Shown here: in pieces, positions 49,601-64,000 of the stretch
Position numbering within the stretch: position 1 is the stretch's first letter
How the letters are laid out: each line of letters starts with the position of its first letter
Source: Eledone cirrhosa
Taxonomy: Eukaryota
Direction: 5' to 3'
Length of the DNA stretch: 64,000 nt
Assembly (NCBI GenBank): GCA_964016885.1
Contig: CAXHJY010000105.1
Span: 310,001 to 374,000, forward strand
The notes under the pieces: model-generated
What the model was told of the DNA's origin: nothing
Databases searched by the model: none
What the model saw: the letters and a program-made list of their open reading frames with translations, nothing else
Translations under genes and position numbers: made by a program

Positions 49601-52600
49601 AGGATACAGAACACTTGACCTAACGTAAGGATACAGAACCCTTGACCTAACATAAGGATACAGAACCCTTGACCTAACATAAGGATACAGAACCCTTGAC
49701 TTAACATAAGGATACAGAACATTTGACCTAACATAAGGATACAGAACCCTTGACCTAAGGTGGGGATACAGAAGACTTGACCTAACATAAAGATACAGAA
49801 CACTTGACCTAACATAAGGATACAGAACACTTGACCTAACATAAGGATACAGAACACTTGACCTAACATAAAGATACAGAACACTTGACCTAACATAAGG
49901 ATACAGAACACTTGACCTAACATAAGGATACAGAACACTTGACCTAACATAAAGATACAGAACACTTGACCTAACATAAGGATACAGAACACTTGACCTA
50001 ACATAAGGATACAGAACATTTGATCTAACATAAGCATACAGAACACTTGACCTAACATAACGATGCAGAACACCTGATCTAACATAAGGATACAGAACAC
50101 TTGACCTAACATAAGGATACAGAACACCTGATCTAACATAAGGATACAGAACAGTTGACCTAACATAAGGATACAGAACCCTTGACCTAACAAGGATACA
50201 GAACACTTGACCTAACATAAGGATACAGAACCCTTGACCTAACATAAGGATACAGAACACTTGACCTAACATAAGGATACAGAACCCTTGACCTAACATA
50301 AGGATACAGAAACCTTGACCTAACATAAGGATACAGAACCCTTGATCTAACATAAGGATACAGAAGACTTGACCTAACATAACCATACAGAACCCTTGAC
50401 CTAACATAAGGATACAGAACACATGACCTAACAAGGATACAGAACGCTTGACCTAACATAAGGATACAGAACACTTGACCTAACATAAGGATACAGAACA
50501 CTTGACCTAACATAAGTATACAGAACACCTGACCTAACATAAGGATACAGAACACCTGACCTAACATAAGGATACAGAACACTTGACCTAACAAACATAC
50601 AGAACACCTGACCTAACATAAGGACGTAGAACCCTTGACCTAACATAAGGATACAGAACACTTGACCTAACATAAGGATACAGAACACTTGACCTAACGT
50701 AAGGATACAGAACACTTGACCTAATGTAAGGATACAGAACACTTGACCTAACATAAGGATACAGAACACTTGACCTAACATAATGATACAGAACACTTGA
50801 CCTAACATAATGATACAGAACCCGTGACCTAACATAAGGTTACAGTACACCTGACCTAACATAAGGATACAGAACACTTGACCTAACATAAGGATACAGA
50901 ACACTTGACCTAACATAAGGATACAGAACACTTGACCTAACATAAGGATACCGAACCCTTGACCTAACATAAGGATACAGAACCCTTGACCTAACATAAG
51001 GATACAGAACCCTTGACCTAACATAAGGATACAGAACCCTTGACCTAACATAAGGAAAGAGAAGACTTGACCTGACATAAGCATACAGAACCCTTGACCT
51101 AACATAAGGATACAGAAGACTTGACCTAACATAAGGATACAGAACACATGACCTAACAAGGATACAGAATGCTTGACCTAACATAAGGATACAGAACACT
51201 TGACCTTACATAAGGATACAGAACACTTGACCTAACATAAGGATACAGAACCCTTGACCTAACATAAGGATACAGAACACTTGACCTAAATATAATGATA
51301 CAGAACCCTTGACCTAACATAAGGAAACAGAAGACTTGACCTTACATAAGGATACAGAACACTTGACCTAACATAAGGATACAGAACCCTTGACCTAACA
51401 TAAGGATACAGAACACTTGACCTTACATAAGGATACAGAACACCTGACCTAACATAAGCATACAGAACACTTGACCTAAAGTAAGGATACAGAACACCTG
51501 ACCTAACATAAGGATACAGAACACTTGACCTAACATAAGGATACAGAACACTTGACCTAACATAAGGATACAGAACAATTGACTTAACATAAGGATACAG
51601 AACACTTGACCTAACATAAGGATACAGAACACTTGACCTAACATAATACAGAACCCTTGACCTAACATAAGGATACAGAACACCTCACCTAACATAAGGA
51701 TACAGAAGACTTGACCTAACATAAGGATACAGAACACTTGACCTAACATAAGGATACAGAACACCTGACCTAACATAGGGATACAGAACACCTAACCTAA
51801 CATAAGGATACAAAACCCTTGACCTAACATAAGGATACAGAACCCTTGACCTAACATAAGTATACAGAACCCTTGACTTAACATAAGGATACAGAACACT
51901 TGACCTAACATAACGATACAGAACCCTTGACCTAACATAAGGATACAGAACACATGACCTAACATAAGGATACAGAACACATGACCTAACAAGGATACAG
52001 AACGCTTGACCTAACATAAGGATACAGAACCCTTGACCTAACGTAAGGATACAGAACACTTGACCGAACGTAAGGATACAGAACACCTGACCTAACATAA
52101 GGATACAGAACACCTGACCTAACATAAGGATACAGAACCCTTGACCTAACATAAGGATACAGAACCCTTGACTTAACATAAGGATACAGAACATTTGACC
52201 TAACATAAGGATACAGAACCCTTGACCTAACATAAGGATACAGAACACTTGACCTAACATAAGCATACAGAACACTTGACCTAACATAAGGATGCAGAAC
52301 ACCTGACCTAACATAAGGATACAGAACACCTGACCCAACATAAGGATACAGAACACTTGACCTATCGTAAGGATACAGAACACCTGACCTAACATAAGGA
52401 TACAGAACCCTTGACCTAACAAGGATACAGAACACTTGACCTAACATAAGAATACAGAACCCTTGATCTAACATAAGGATACAGAACACCTGACCTAACA
52501 CAAGGATGCAGAACACCTGACCTAACATAAGGATACAGAACACTTGACCTAACATAAGGATGCAGAACACCTGACCTAACATAAGGATACAGAACACCTG

Positions 52601-55600
52601 ACCTAACATAAGGATGCAGAACACCTGACCTAAGATAAGGATACAGAACACTTGACCTAACGTAAGGATACAGAACACCTTACCTAACATAAGGATACAG
52701 AACACTTGACCTAACATAAGGATACAGAACCCTTGACCTAACAAGGATACAGAACCCTTGACCTAACATAATGGATACAGAACCCTTGACCTAAAATAAG
52801 GATACAGAACCCTTGACCTAACATAAGGATACAGAGCCCTTGACCTAACATAAGGATACAGAACCCTTGACCTAACATAAGGATACAGAACACTTGACCT
52901 AACATAAGGATACAGAACACTTGACCTAACATAAGGATAAAGAACCCTTGACCTAACATAAGGATACAGAGCCCTTGACCCAACATAAGCATACAGAACA
53001 CATGACCCAACATAAGGATACAGAACCCTTGACCTAACATAAGGATAAAGAACCCTTGACCTAACATAAGGATAAAGAACCCTTGACCTAACGTAAGGTT
53101 ACAGAACACCTGACCTAACATAAGGATACAGAACACTTGACCTAACATAAGGATACAGAACCCTTGACCTAACATAAGCATACAGAACCCTTGACCTAAC
53201 ATAAGGATACAGAACCCTTGACCTAACATAATGATACAGAACCCTTGACCTAACATAAGGATACAGAACCCTTGACCTAACATAAGGATACAGAACACTT
53301 GACCTAACATAGGGATACTGAACACTTGACCTAACGTAAGGATACAGAACACTTGACCTAACATAAGGATACAAAACACTTGACCTAACGTAAGGATACA
53401 GAACCCTTGACCTAACATAAGGATACAGAAAACCTGACCTAACATAAGGATACAGAACACTTGACCTAACATAAGGATACAGAACACCTGACCTAACATA
53501 AGTATACAGAACCCTTGCCCTAACATAAGGATACAGAACACCTGACCTAACATAAGAATACAGAACACTTGACCTAACATAAGGATACAGAACACTTGAC
53601 CTAACATAAGGATACAGAACACCTGACCTAACATAAGGATACAGAACCCTTGATCTAACATAAGAATACAGAACACTTGACCTAAAGTAAGGATACAGAA
53701 CACTTGACCTAACATAAGGATACAGAACACCTGACCTAACATAAGCATACAGAACACTTGACCTAAAGTAAGGATACAGAACACCTGACCTAACATAAGG
53801 ATACAGAACACTTGACCTAACATAAGGATACAGAACACTTGACCTAACATAAGGATACAGAACAATTGACTTAACAAGGATACAGAACACTTGACCTAAC
53901 ATAAGGATACAGAACACTTGACCTAACATAATACAGAACCCTTGACCTAACATAAGGATACAGAACACCTGACCTAACATAAGGATACAGAAGACTTGAC
54001 CTAACATAAGGATACAGAACACTTGACCTAACATAAGGATACAGAACACCTGACCTAACATAGGGATACAGAACACCTAACCTAACATAAGGATACAAAA
54101 CCCTTGACCTAACATAAGGATACAGAAGAATTGACCTAACATAAGGATACAGAACACCTGACCTAACATAGGGATACAGAACACCTAACCTAACATAAGG
54201 ATACAAAACCCTTGACCTAACATAAGGATACAGAAGAATTGACCTAACGTAAGGATACAGAACCCTTGACCTAACATAAGGATACAGAACCCTTGACTTA
54301 ACATAAGGATACAGAACACTTGACCTAACATAAGGATACAGAACCCTTGACCTAACATAAGGATACAGAACCCTTGACCTAACATAAGGATACAGAACAC
54401 ATGACCTAACATAAGGATACAGAACACTTGACCTAACATAAGGATACAGAACCCTTGACCTAACGTAAGGATACAGAACACTTGACCTAACATAAGGATA
54501 CAGAACACTTGACCTAACATAAGGATACAGAACCCTTGACCTAACGTAAGGATACAGAACCCTTGACCTAACATAAGGATACAGAACACTTGACCTAACA
54601 TAAGGATACAGAACCCTTGACCTAACGTAAGGATACAGAACCCTTGACCTAACATAAGGATACAGAACACATGACCTAACATAAGGATACAGAACCCTTG
54701 ACCTAACGTAAGGATACAGAACGCTTGACCTAACATAAGGATACAGAACCCTTGACCTAACGTAAGGATACAGAACACTTGACCGAACGTAAGGATACAG
54801 AACACCTGACCTAACATAAGGATACAGAACACCTGACCTAACATAAGGATACAGAACCCTTGACCTAACATAAGGATACAGAACCCTTGACTTAACATAA
54901 GGATACAGAACATTTGACTTAACATAAGGATACAGAACCCTTGACCTAACATAAGGATACAGAACACTTGACCTAACATAAGCATACAGAACACTTGACC
55001 TAACATAAGGATGCAGAACACCTGACCTAACATAAGGATACAGAACACCTGACCCAACATAAGGATACAGAACACTTGACCTATCGTAAGGATACAGAAC
55101 ACCTGACCTAACATAAGGATACAGAACCCTTGACCTAACAAGGATACAGAACACTTGACCTAACATAAGAATACAGAACCCTTGATCTAACATAAGAATA
55201 CAGAACACCTGACCTAACATAAGGATACAGAACCCTTGATCTAACATAAGAATACAGAACACTTGACCTAAAGTAAGGATACAGAACACTTGACCTAACA
55301 TAAGGATACAGAACACCTGACCTAACATAAGCATACAGAACACTTGACCTAAAGTAAGGATACAGAACACCTGACCTAACATAAGGATACAGAACACTTG
55401 ACCTAACATAAGGATACAGAACACTTGACCTAACATAAGGATACAGAACAATTGACTTAACAAGGATACAGAACACTTGACCTAACATAAGGATGCAGAA
55501 CACCTGACCTAACATAAGGATACAGAACACCTGACCTAACATAAGGATACAGAACCCTTGACCTAACAAGGATACAGAACACTTGACCTAACATAAGAAT

Positions 55601-58600
55601 ACAGAACCCTTGATCTAACATAAGGATACAGAACACCTGACCTAACATAAGGATGCAGAACACCTGACCTAACATAAGGATACAGAACACTTGACCTAAC
55701 ATAAGGATGCAGAACACCTGACCTAACATAAGGATACAGAACACCTGACCTAACATAAGGATGCAGAACACCTGACCTAACATAAGGATACAGAACACTT
55801 GACCTAACGTAAGGATACAGAACACCTTACCTAACATAAGGATACAGAACACCTGACCTAACATAAGGATACAGAACCCTTGAACTAACATTAGGATACA
55901 GAACACCTGACCTAACATAAGGATGCAGAACACCTGACCTAACATAAGGATACAGAACACCTGACCTAATATAAGGATGCAGAACACCTGACCTAACATA
56001 AGGATACAGAACACTTGACCTAACATAAGGATGCAGAACACCTGACCTAACATAAGGATACAGAACACTTGACCTAACATAAGGATACAGAACACCTGAC
56101 CTAACATAAGGATGCAGAACACCTGACCTAACATAAGGATACAGAACACTTGACCTAACATAAGGATGCAGAACACCTGACCTAACATAAGGATACAGAA
56201 CACTTGACCTAACATAAGGATGCAGACCACCTGACCTAACATAAGGATACAGAACACCTGACCTAACATAAGGATGCAGAACACCTGACCTAACATAAGG
56301 ATACAGAACACTTGACCTAACATAAGGATGCAGAACACCTGACCTAACATAAGAATACAGAACACTTGACCTAAAGTAAGGATACAGAACACTTGACCTA
56401 ACATAAGGATACAGAACACCTGACCTAACATAAGCATACAGAACACTTGACCTAAAGTAAGGATACAGAACACCTGACCTAACATAAGGATACAGAACAC
56501 TTGACCTAACGTAAGGATACAGAACCCTTGAACTAACATAAGGATACAGAACACTTGACCTAACGTAAGGATACAGAACCCTTGACCTAACATAAGGATA
56601 CAGAACCCTTGACCTAACATAAGGATACAGAACCCTTGACTTAACATAAGGATACAGAACATTTGACCTAACATAAGGATACAGAACCCTTGACCTAAGA
56701 TGGGGATACAGAAGACTTGACCTAACATAAAGATACAGAACACTTGACCTAACATAAGGATACAGAACACTTGACCTAACATAAGGATACAGAACACTTG
56801 ACCTAACATAAAGATACAGAACACTTGACCTAACATAAGGATACAGAACACTTGACCTAACATAAGGATACAGAACACTTGACCTAACATAAGGATACAG
56901 AACACTTGACCTAACATAAAGATACAGAACACTTGACCTAACATAAGGATACAGAACACTTGACCTAACATAAGGATACAGAACATTTGATCTAACATAA
57001 CGATGCAGAACACCTGATCTAACATAAGCATACAGAACACTTGACCTAACATAACGATGCAGAACACCTGATCTAACATAAGGATACAGAACACTTGACC
57101 TAACATAAGGATACAGAACACCTGATCTAACATAAGGATACAGAACAGTTGACCTAACATAAGGATACAGAACCCTTGACCTAACAAGGATACAGAACAC
57201 TTGACCTAACATAAGGATACAGAACCCTTGACCTAACATAAGGATACAGAACACTTGACCTAACATAAGGATACAGAACCCTTGACCTAACATAAGGATA
57301 CAGAAACCTTGACCTAACATAAGGATACAGAACCCTTGATCTAACATAAGGATACAGAAGACTTGACATAACATAACCATACAGAACCCTTGACCTAACA
57401 TAAGGATACAGAACACATGACCTAACAAAAGGATACAGAACACTTGACCTAACATAAGGATACAGAACACTAGACCTAACATAAGGATACAGAACACTTG
57501 ACCTAACATAAGTATACAGAACACCTGACCTAACATAAGGATACAGAACACCTGACCTAACATAAGGATACAGAACACTTGACCTAACAAACATACAGAA
57601 CACGTGAGCTAACATAAGGACGTAGAACCCTTGACCTAACATAAGGATACAGAACACTTGACCTAACATAAGGATACAGAACACTTGACCTAACGTAAGG
57701 ATACAGAACACTTGACCTAACATAAGGATACAGAACACTTGACCTAACATAATGATACAGAACACTTGACCTAACATAATGATACAGAACCCGTGACCTA
57801 ACATAAGGTTACAGTACACCTGACCTAACATAAGGATACAGAACACTTGACCTAACATAAGGATACAGAACACTTGACCTAACATAAGGATACCGAACCC
57901 TTGACCTAACATAAGGATACAGAACCCTTGACCTAACATAAGGATACAGAACCCTTGACCTAACATAAGGAAACAGAAGACTTGACCTGACATAAGCATA
58001 CAGAACCCTTGACCTAACATAAGGATACAGAAGACTTGACCTAACATAACCATACAGAACCCTTGACATAAAATAAGGATACAGAACACATGACCTAACA
58101 AGGATACAGAATGCTTGACCTAACATAAGGATACAGAACACTTGACCTTACATAAGGATACAGAACACTTGACCTAACATAAGGATACAGAACCCTTGAC
58201 CTAACATAAGGATACAGAACACTTGACCTAAATATAATGATACAGAACCCTTGACCTAACATAAGGAAACAGAAGACTTGACCTTACATAAGGATACAGA
58301 ACACTTGACCTAACATAAGGATACAGAACCCTTGACCTAACATAAGGAAACAGAAGACTTGACCTTACATAAGGATACAGAACACTTGACCTAACATAAG
58401 GATACAGAACCCTTGACCTAACATAAGGATACAGAACACTTGACCTAACATAAGGATACAGAACCCTTGACCTAACATAAGGATACAGAACCCTTGACCT
58501 AACATAAGGAAACAGAAGACTTGACCTGACATAAGCATACAGAACCCTTGACCTAACATAAGGATACAGAACACCTGACCTAACATAAGCATACAGAACA

Positions 58601-61600
58601 CTTGACCTAAAGTAAGGATACAGAACACCTGACCTAACATAAGGATACAGAACACTTGACCTAACATAAGGATACAGAACACCTGACCTAACATAGGGAT
58701 ACAGAACACCTAACCTAACATAAGGATACAAAACCCTTGACCTAACATAAGGATACAGAAGAATTGACCTAACATAAGGATACAGAACCCTTGACCTAAC
58801 ATAAGGATACAGAACCCTAGACTTAACATAAGGATACAGAACACTTGACCTAACATAAGGATACAGAACCCTTGACCTAACATAAGGATACAGAACACAT
58901 GACCTAACATAAGGATACAGAACACATGACCTAACAAGGATACAGAACGCTTGACCTAACATAAGGATACAGAACCCTTGACCTAACGTAAGGATACAGA
59001 ACACTTGACCGAACGTAAGGATACAGAACACCTGACCTAACATAAGGATACAGAACACCTGACCTAACATAAGGATACAGAACCCTTGACCTAACATAAG
59101 GATACAGAACCCTTGACTTAACATAAGGATACAGAACATTTGACCTAACATAAGGATACAGAACCCTTGACCTAACATAAGGATACAGAACACTTGACCT
59201 AACATAAGCATACAGAACACTTGACCTAACATAAGGATGCAGAACACCTGACCTAACATAAGGATACAGAACACCTGACCCAACATAAGGATACAGAACA
59301 CTTGACCTATCGTAAGGATACAGAACACCTGACCTAACATAAGGATACAGAACCCTTGACCTAACAAGGATACAGAACACTTGACCTAACATAAGAATAC
59401 AGAACCCTTGATCTAACATAAGGATACAGAACACCTGACCTAACATAAGGATGCAGAACACCTGACCTAACATAAGGATACAGAACACTTGACCTAACAT
59501 AAGGATGCAGAACACCTGACCTAACATAAGGATACAGAACACCTGACCTAACATAAGGATGCAGAACACCTGACCTAACATAAGGATACAGAACACTTGA
59601 CCTAACGTAAGGATACAGAACACCTTACCTAACATAAGGATACAGAACACCTGACCTAACATAAGGATACAGAACCCTTGAACTAACATAAGGATACAGA
59701 ACACCTGACCTAACATAAGGATGCAGAACACCTGACCTAACATAAGGATACAGAACACCTGACCTAACATAAGGATGCAGAACACCTGACCTAACATAAG
59801 GATACAGAACACTTGACCTAACATAAGGATGCAGAACACCTGACCTAACATAAGGATACAGAACACTTGACCTAACATAAGGATGCAGAACACCTGACCT
59901 AACATAAGGATACAGAACACCTGACCTAACATAAGGATGCAGAACACCTAACCTAACATAAGGATACAGAACACTTGACCTAACGTAAGGATACAGAACA
60001 CCTGACCTAACATAAGGATACAGAACACCTGACCTAACATAAGGATACAGAACCCTTGAACTAACATAAGGATACAGAACCCTTGACCTAAGATAAGGAT
60101 GCAGAACACCTGACCTAACATAAGGATACAGAACACCTGACCTAACATAAGGATGCAGAACACCTGACCTAACATAAGGATACAGAACACTTGACCTAAC
60201 ATAAGGATGCAGAACACCTGACCTAACATAAGGATACAGAACACTTGACCTAACATAAGGATGCAGAACACCTGACCTAACGTAAGGATACAGAACACCT
60301 GACCTAACATAAGGATGCAGAACACCTGACCTAACATAAGGATACAGAACACCTGACCTAACATAAGGATACAGAACACCTGACCTAACATAAGGGTACA
60401 GAACACTTGACCTAACGTAAGGATACAGAACCCTTGAACTAACATAAGGATACAGAACACTTGACCTAACGTAAGGATACAGAACCCTTGACCTAACATA
60501 AGGATACAGAACCCTTGACCTAACATAAGGATACAGAACCCTTGACTTAACATAAGGATACAGAACATTTGACCTAACATAAGGATACAGAACCCTTGAC
60601 CTAAGATGGGGATACAGAAGACTTGACCTAACATAAAGATACAGAACACTTGACCTAACATAAGGATACAGAACACTTGACCTAACATAAGGATACAGAA
60701 CACTTGACCTAACATAAAGATACAGAACACTTGACCTAACATAAGGATACAGAACACTTGACCTAACATAAGGATACAGAACACTTGACCTAACATAAGG
60801 ATACAGAACACTTGACCTAACATAAGGATACAGAACACTTGACCTAACATAAAGATACAGAACACTTGACCTAACATAAGGATACAGAACACTTGACCTA
60901 ACATAAGGATACAGAACATTTGATCTAACATAAGCATACAGAACACTTGACCTAACATAACGATGCAGAACACCTGATCTAACATAAGGATACAGAACAC
61001 TTGACCTAAAATAAGGATACAGAACACCTGATCTAACATAAGGATACAGAACAGTTGACCTAACATAAGGATACAGAACCCTTGACCTAACAAGGATACA
61101 GAACACTTGACCTAACATAAGGATACAGAACCCTTGACCTAACATAAGGATACAGAACACTTGACCTAACATAAGGATACAGAACCCTTGACCTAACATA
61201 AGGATACAGAAACCTTGACCTAACATAAGGATACAGAACCCTTGATCTAACATAAGGATACAGAAGACTTGACCTAACATAACCATACAGAACCCTTGAC
61301 CTAACATAAGGATACAGAACACATGACCTAACAAGGATACAGAACGCTTGACCTAACATAAGGATACAGAACACTTGACCTAACATAAGGATACAGAACA
61401 CTTGACCTAACATAAGGATACAGAACACTTGACCTAACATAAGTATACAGAACACCTGACCTAACATAAGGATACAGAACACCTGACCTAACATAAGGAT
61501 ACAGAACACTTGACCTAACAAACATACAGAACACATGACCAAACATAAGGACGTAGAACCCTTGACCTAACATAAGGATACAGAACACTTGACCTAACAT

Positions 61601-64000
61601 AAGGATACAGAACACTTGACCTAACATAAGGATACAGAACACTTGACCTAACGTAAGGATACAGAACACTTGACCTAACATAAGGATACAGAACACTTGA
61701 CCTAACATAATGATACAGAACACTTGACCTAACATAATGATACAGAACCCGTGACCTAACATAAGGTTACAGAACCCTTGACCTAACATAAGGAAACAGA
61801 AGACTTGACCTGACATAAGCATACAGAACCCTTGACCTAACATAAGGATACAGAAGACTTGACCTAACATAACCATACAGAACCCTTGACATAACATAAG
61901 GATACAGAACACATGACCTAACAAGGATACAGAATGCTTGACCTAACAGAAGGATACAGAACACTTGACCTTACATAAGGATACAGAACACTTGACCTAA
62001 CATAAGGATACAGAACCCTTGACCTAACATAAGGATACAGAACACTTGACCTAAATATAATGATACAGAACCCTTGACCTAACATAAGGAAACAGAAGAC
62101 TTGACCTTACATAAGGATACAGAACACTTGACCTAACATAAGGATACAGAACACTTGACCTTACATAAGGATACAGAACACTTGACCTAAATATAATGAT
62201 ACAGAACCCTTGACCTAACATAAGGAAACAGAAGACTTGACCTTACATAAGGATACAGAACCCTTGACCTAACATAAGGATACAGAACACTTGACCTTAC
62301 ATAAGGATACAGAACACTTGACCTAACATAAGGATACAGAACCCTTGACCTAACATAAGGATACAGAACCCTTGACCTAACATAAGGAAACAGAAGACTT
62401 GACCTGACATAAGCATACAGAACCCTTGACCTAACATAAGGATACAGAAGACTTGACCTAACATAACCATACAGAACCCTTGACCTAACATAAGGATACA
62501 GAACACATGACCTAACAAGGATACAGAATGCTTGACCTAACATAAGGATACAGAACACTTGACCTTACATAAGGATACAGAACACTTGACCTAGCATAAG
62601 GATACAGAACACTTGACCTAACATAAGGATACAGAACCCTTGACCTAACATAAGGATACAGAACACTTGACCTTACATAAGGATACAGAACACTTGACCT
62701 TACATAAGGATACAGAACACTTGACCTTACATAAGGATACAGAACACTTGACCTTACATAAGGATACAGAACCCTTGACCTAACATAAGGATACAGAACA
62801 CTTGACCTAACAAGGATACAGAACACTTGACCTAACATAAGGATACAGAACACTTGACCTTACATAAGGATACAGAACCCTTGACCTAACATAAGGATAC
62901 AGAACACTTGACCTAACATTAGGATACAGAACCCTTGACCTAACATAAGGATACAGAACACTTGACCTTACATAAGGATACAGAAGACTTGACCTAACAT
63001 AAGGATACAGAACACTTGACCTAACTTAAGGATACAGAACCCTTGACCTAACATAAGGATACAGAACACTTGACCTTACATAAGGATACAGAACACTTGA
63101 CCTAACATAAGGATACAGAACACTTGACCTTACATAAGGATACAGAACACTTGACCTTACATAAGGATACAGAACACTTGACCTAGCATAAGGATACAGA
63201 ACCCTTGACCTAACATAAGGATACAGAACACTTGACCTTACATAAGGATACAGAACACTTGACCTAACATAAGGATACAGAACACTTGACCTAACATAAG
63301 GATACAGAACACCTGACCTAACATAAGGATACAGAACACCTGACCTAACATAAGGAAACAGAACACTTGACCTAACAAGCATACAGAACACTTGACCTAA
63401 CATAAGGATACAGAACACTTGACCTAACATAAGGATACAGAACACCTGACCTAACATAAGGATACAGAACACTTGACCTAACAATGATACAGAACACTTG
63501 ACCTATCATAATGATACAGAACACTTGACCTAACATAAGGATACAGAACCCGTGACCTAACATAAGGTTACAGAACACCTGACCTAACATAAGGATACAG
63601 AACACATGACCTAACAAGGATACAGAATGCTTGCCCTAACATAAGGATACAGAACACTTGACCTAACATAAGGATACAGAACACTTGACCTAACATAAGG
63701 ATACAGAGCACTTGACCTTACATAAGGATACAGAACAGTTGACCTAACAAGCATACAGAACACTTGACCTAACATAAGGATACAGAACACTTGACCTAAC
63801 ATAAGGATACAGAACACCTGACCTAACATAAGGATACAGAACACTTGACCTAACAATGATACAGAACACTTGACGTAACATAATGATACAGAACACTTGA
63901 CCTAACATAAGGATACAGAACCCGTGACCTAACATAAGGTTACAGAACACCTGACCTAACATAAGGATACAGAACACTTGACCTAACATAAGGATACAGA
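46631..64000. repeat. 27-bp minisatellite, consensus GACCTAACATAAGGATACAGAAC(A/C)C(T/C)T, roughly 640 units; extends past the right edge; probably intronic in the zinc-knuckle gene
   Basis: Directly visible 27-bp period (9-aa period MLGQVFCIL / YVRSSVLYP), with occasional 25-bp units. Begins about 90 bp from the minus-strand acceptor. Confidence 0.98.

Noticed and set aside
46736-63989. MLGQVFCIL / YVRSSVLYP repeat proteins
   Set aside because: They result from a 27-bp unit being a multiple of 3. The 25-bp units switch frames freely, so there is no sign of coding constraint.

Overview
Eukaryotic (animal) genomic DNA. The SINE/LINE fragments resemble those I recognise from octopus genomes; this taxon call is an inference. 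About 84% of the window is tandem repeat: a 42-bp minisatellite (1-13297), a (GGT)n-GTGGTAGTCAAT compound array (13897-35500), a 61/43-bp LINE-derived minisatellite (37207-38627) and a 27-bp minisatellite (46631-64000). Between them lie two convergent genes. On the + strand are the last two coding exons of a 3-beta-hydroxysteroid dehydrogenase-family gene (13327-13542 and 35975-36537), joined across a 22.4-kb intron that is about 96% satellite. On the - strand is the terminal coding exon (46540-45261) of an unidentified, largely disordered protein ending in a CCHC zinc knuckle. The three giant arrays appear to be intronic, and two stop just short of splice acceptors. Nearly all long ORFs in the supplied track are translations of repeats, not genes. 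No prokaryotic features or CRISPR arrays are present.
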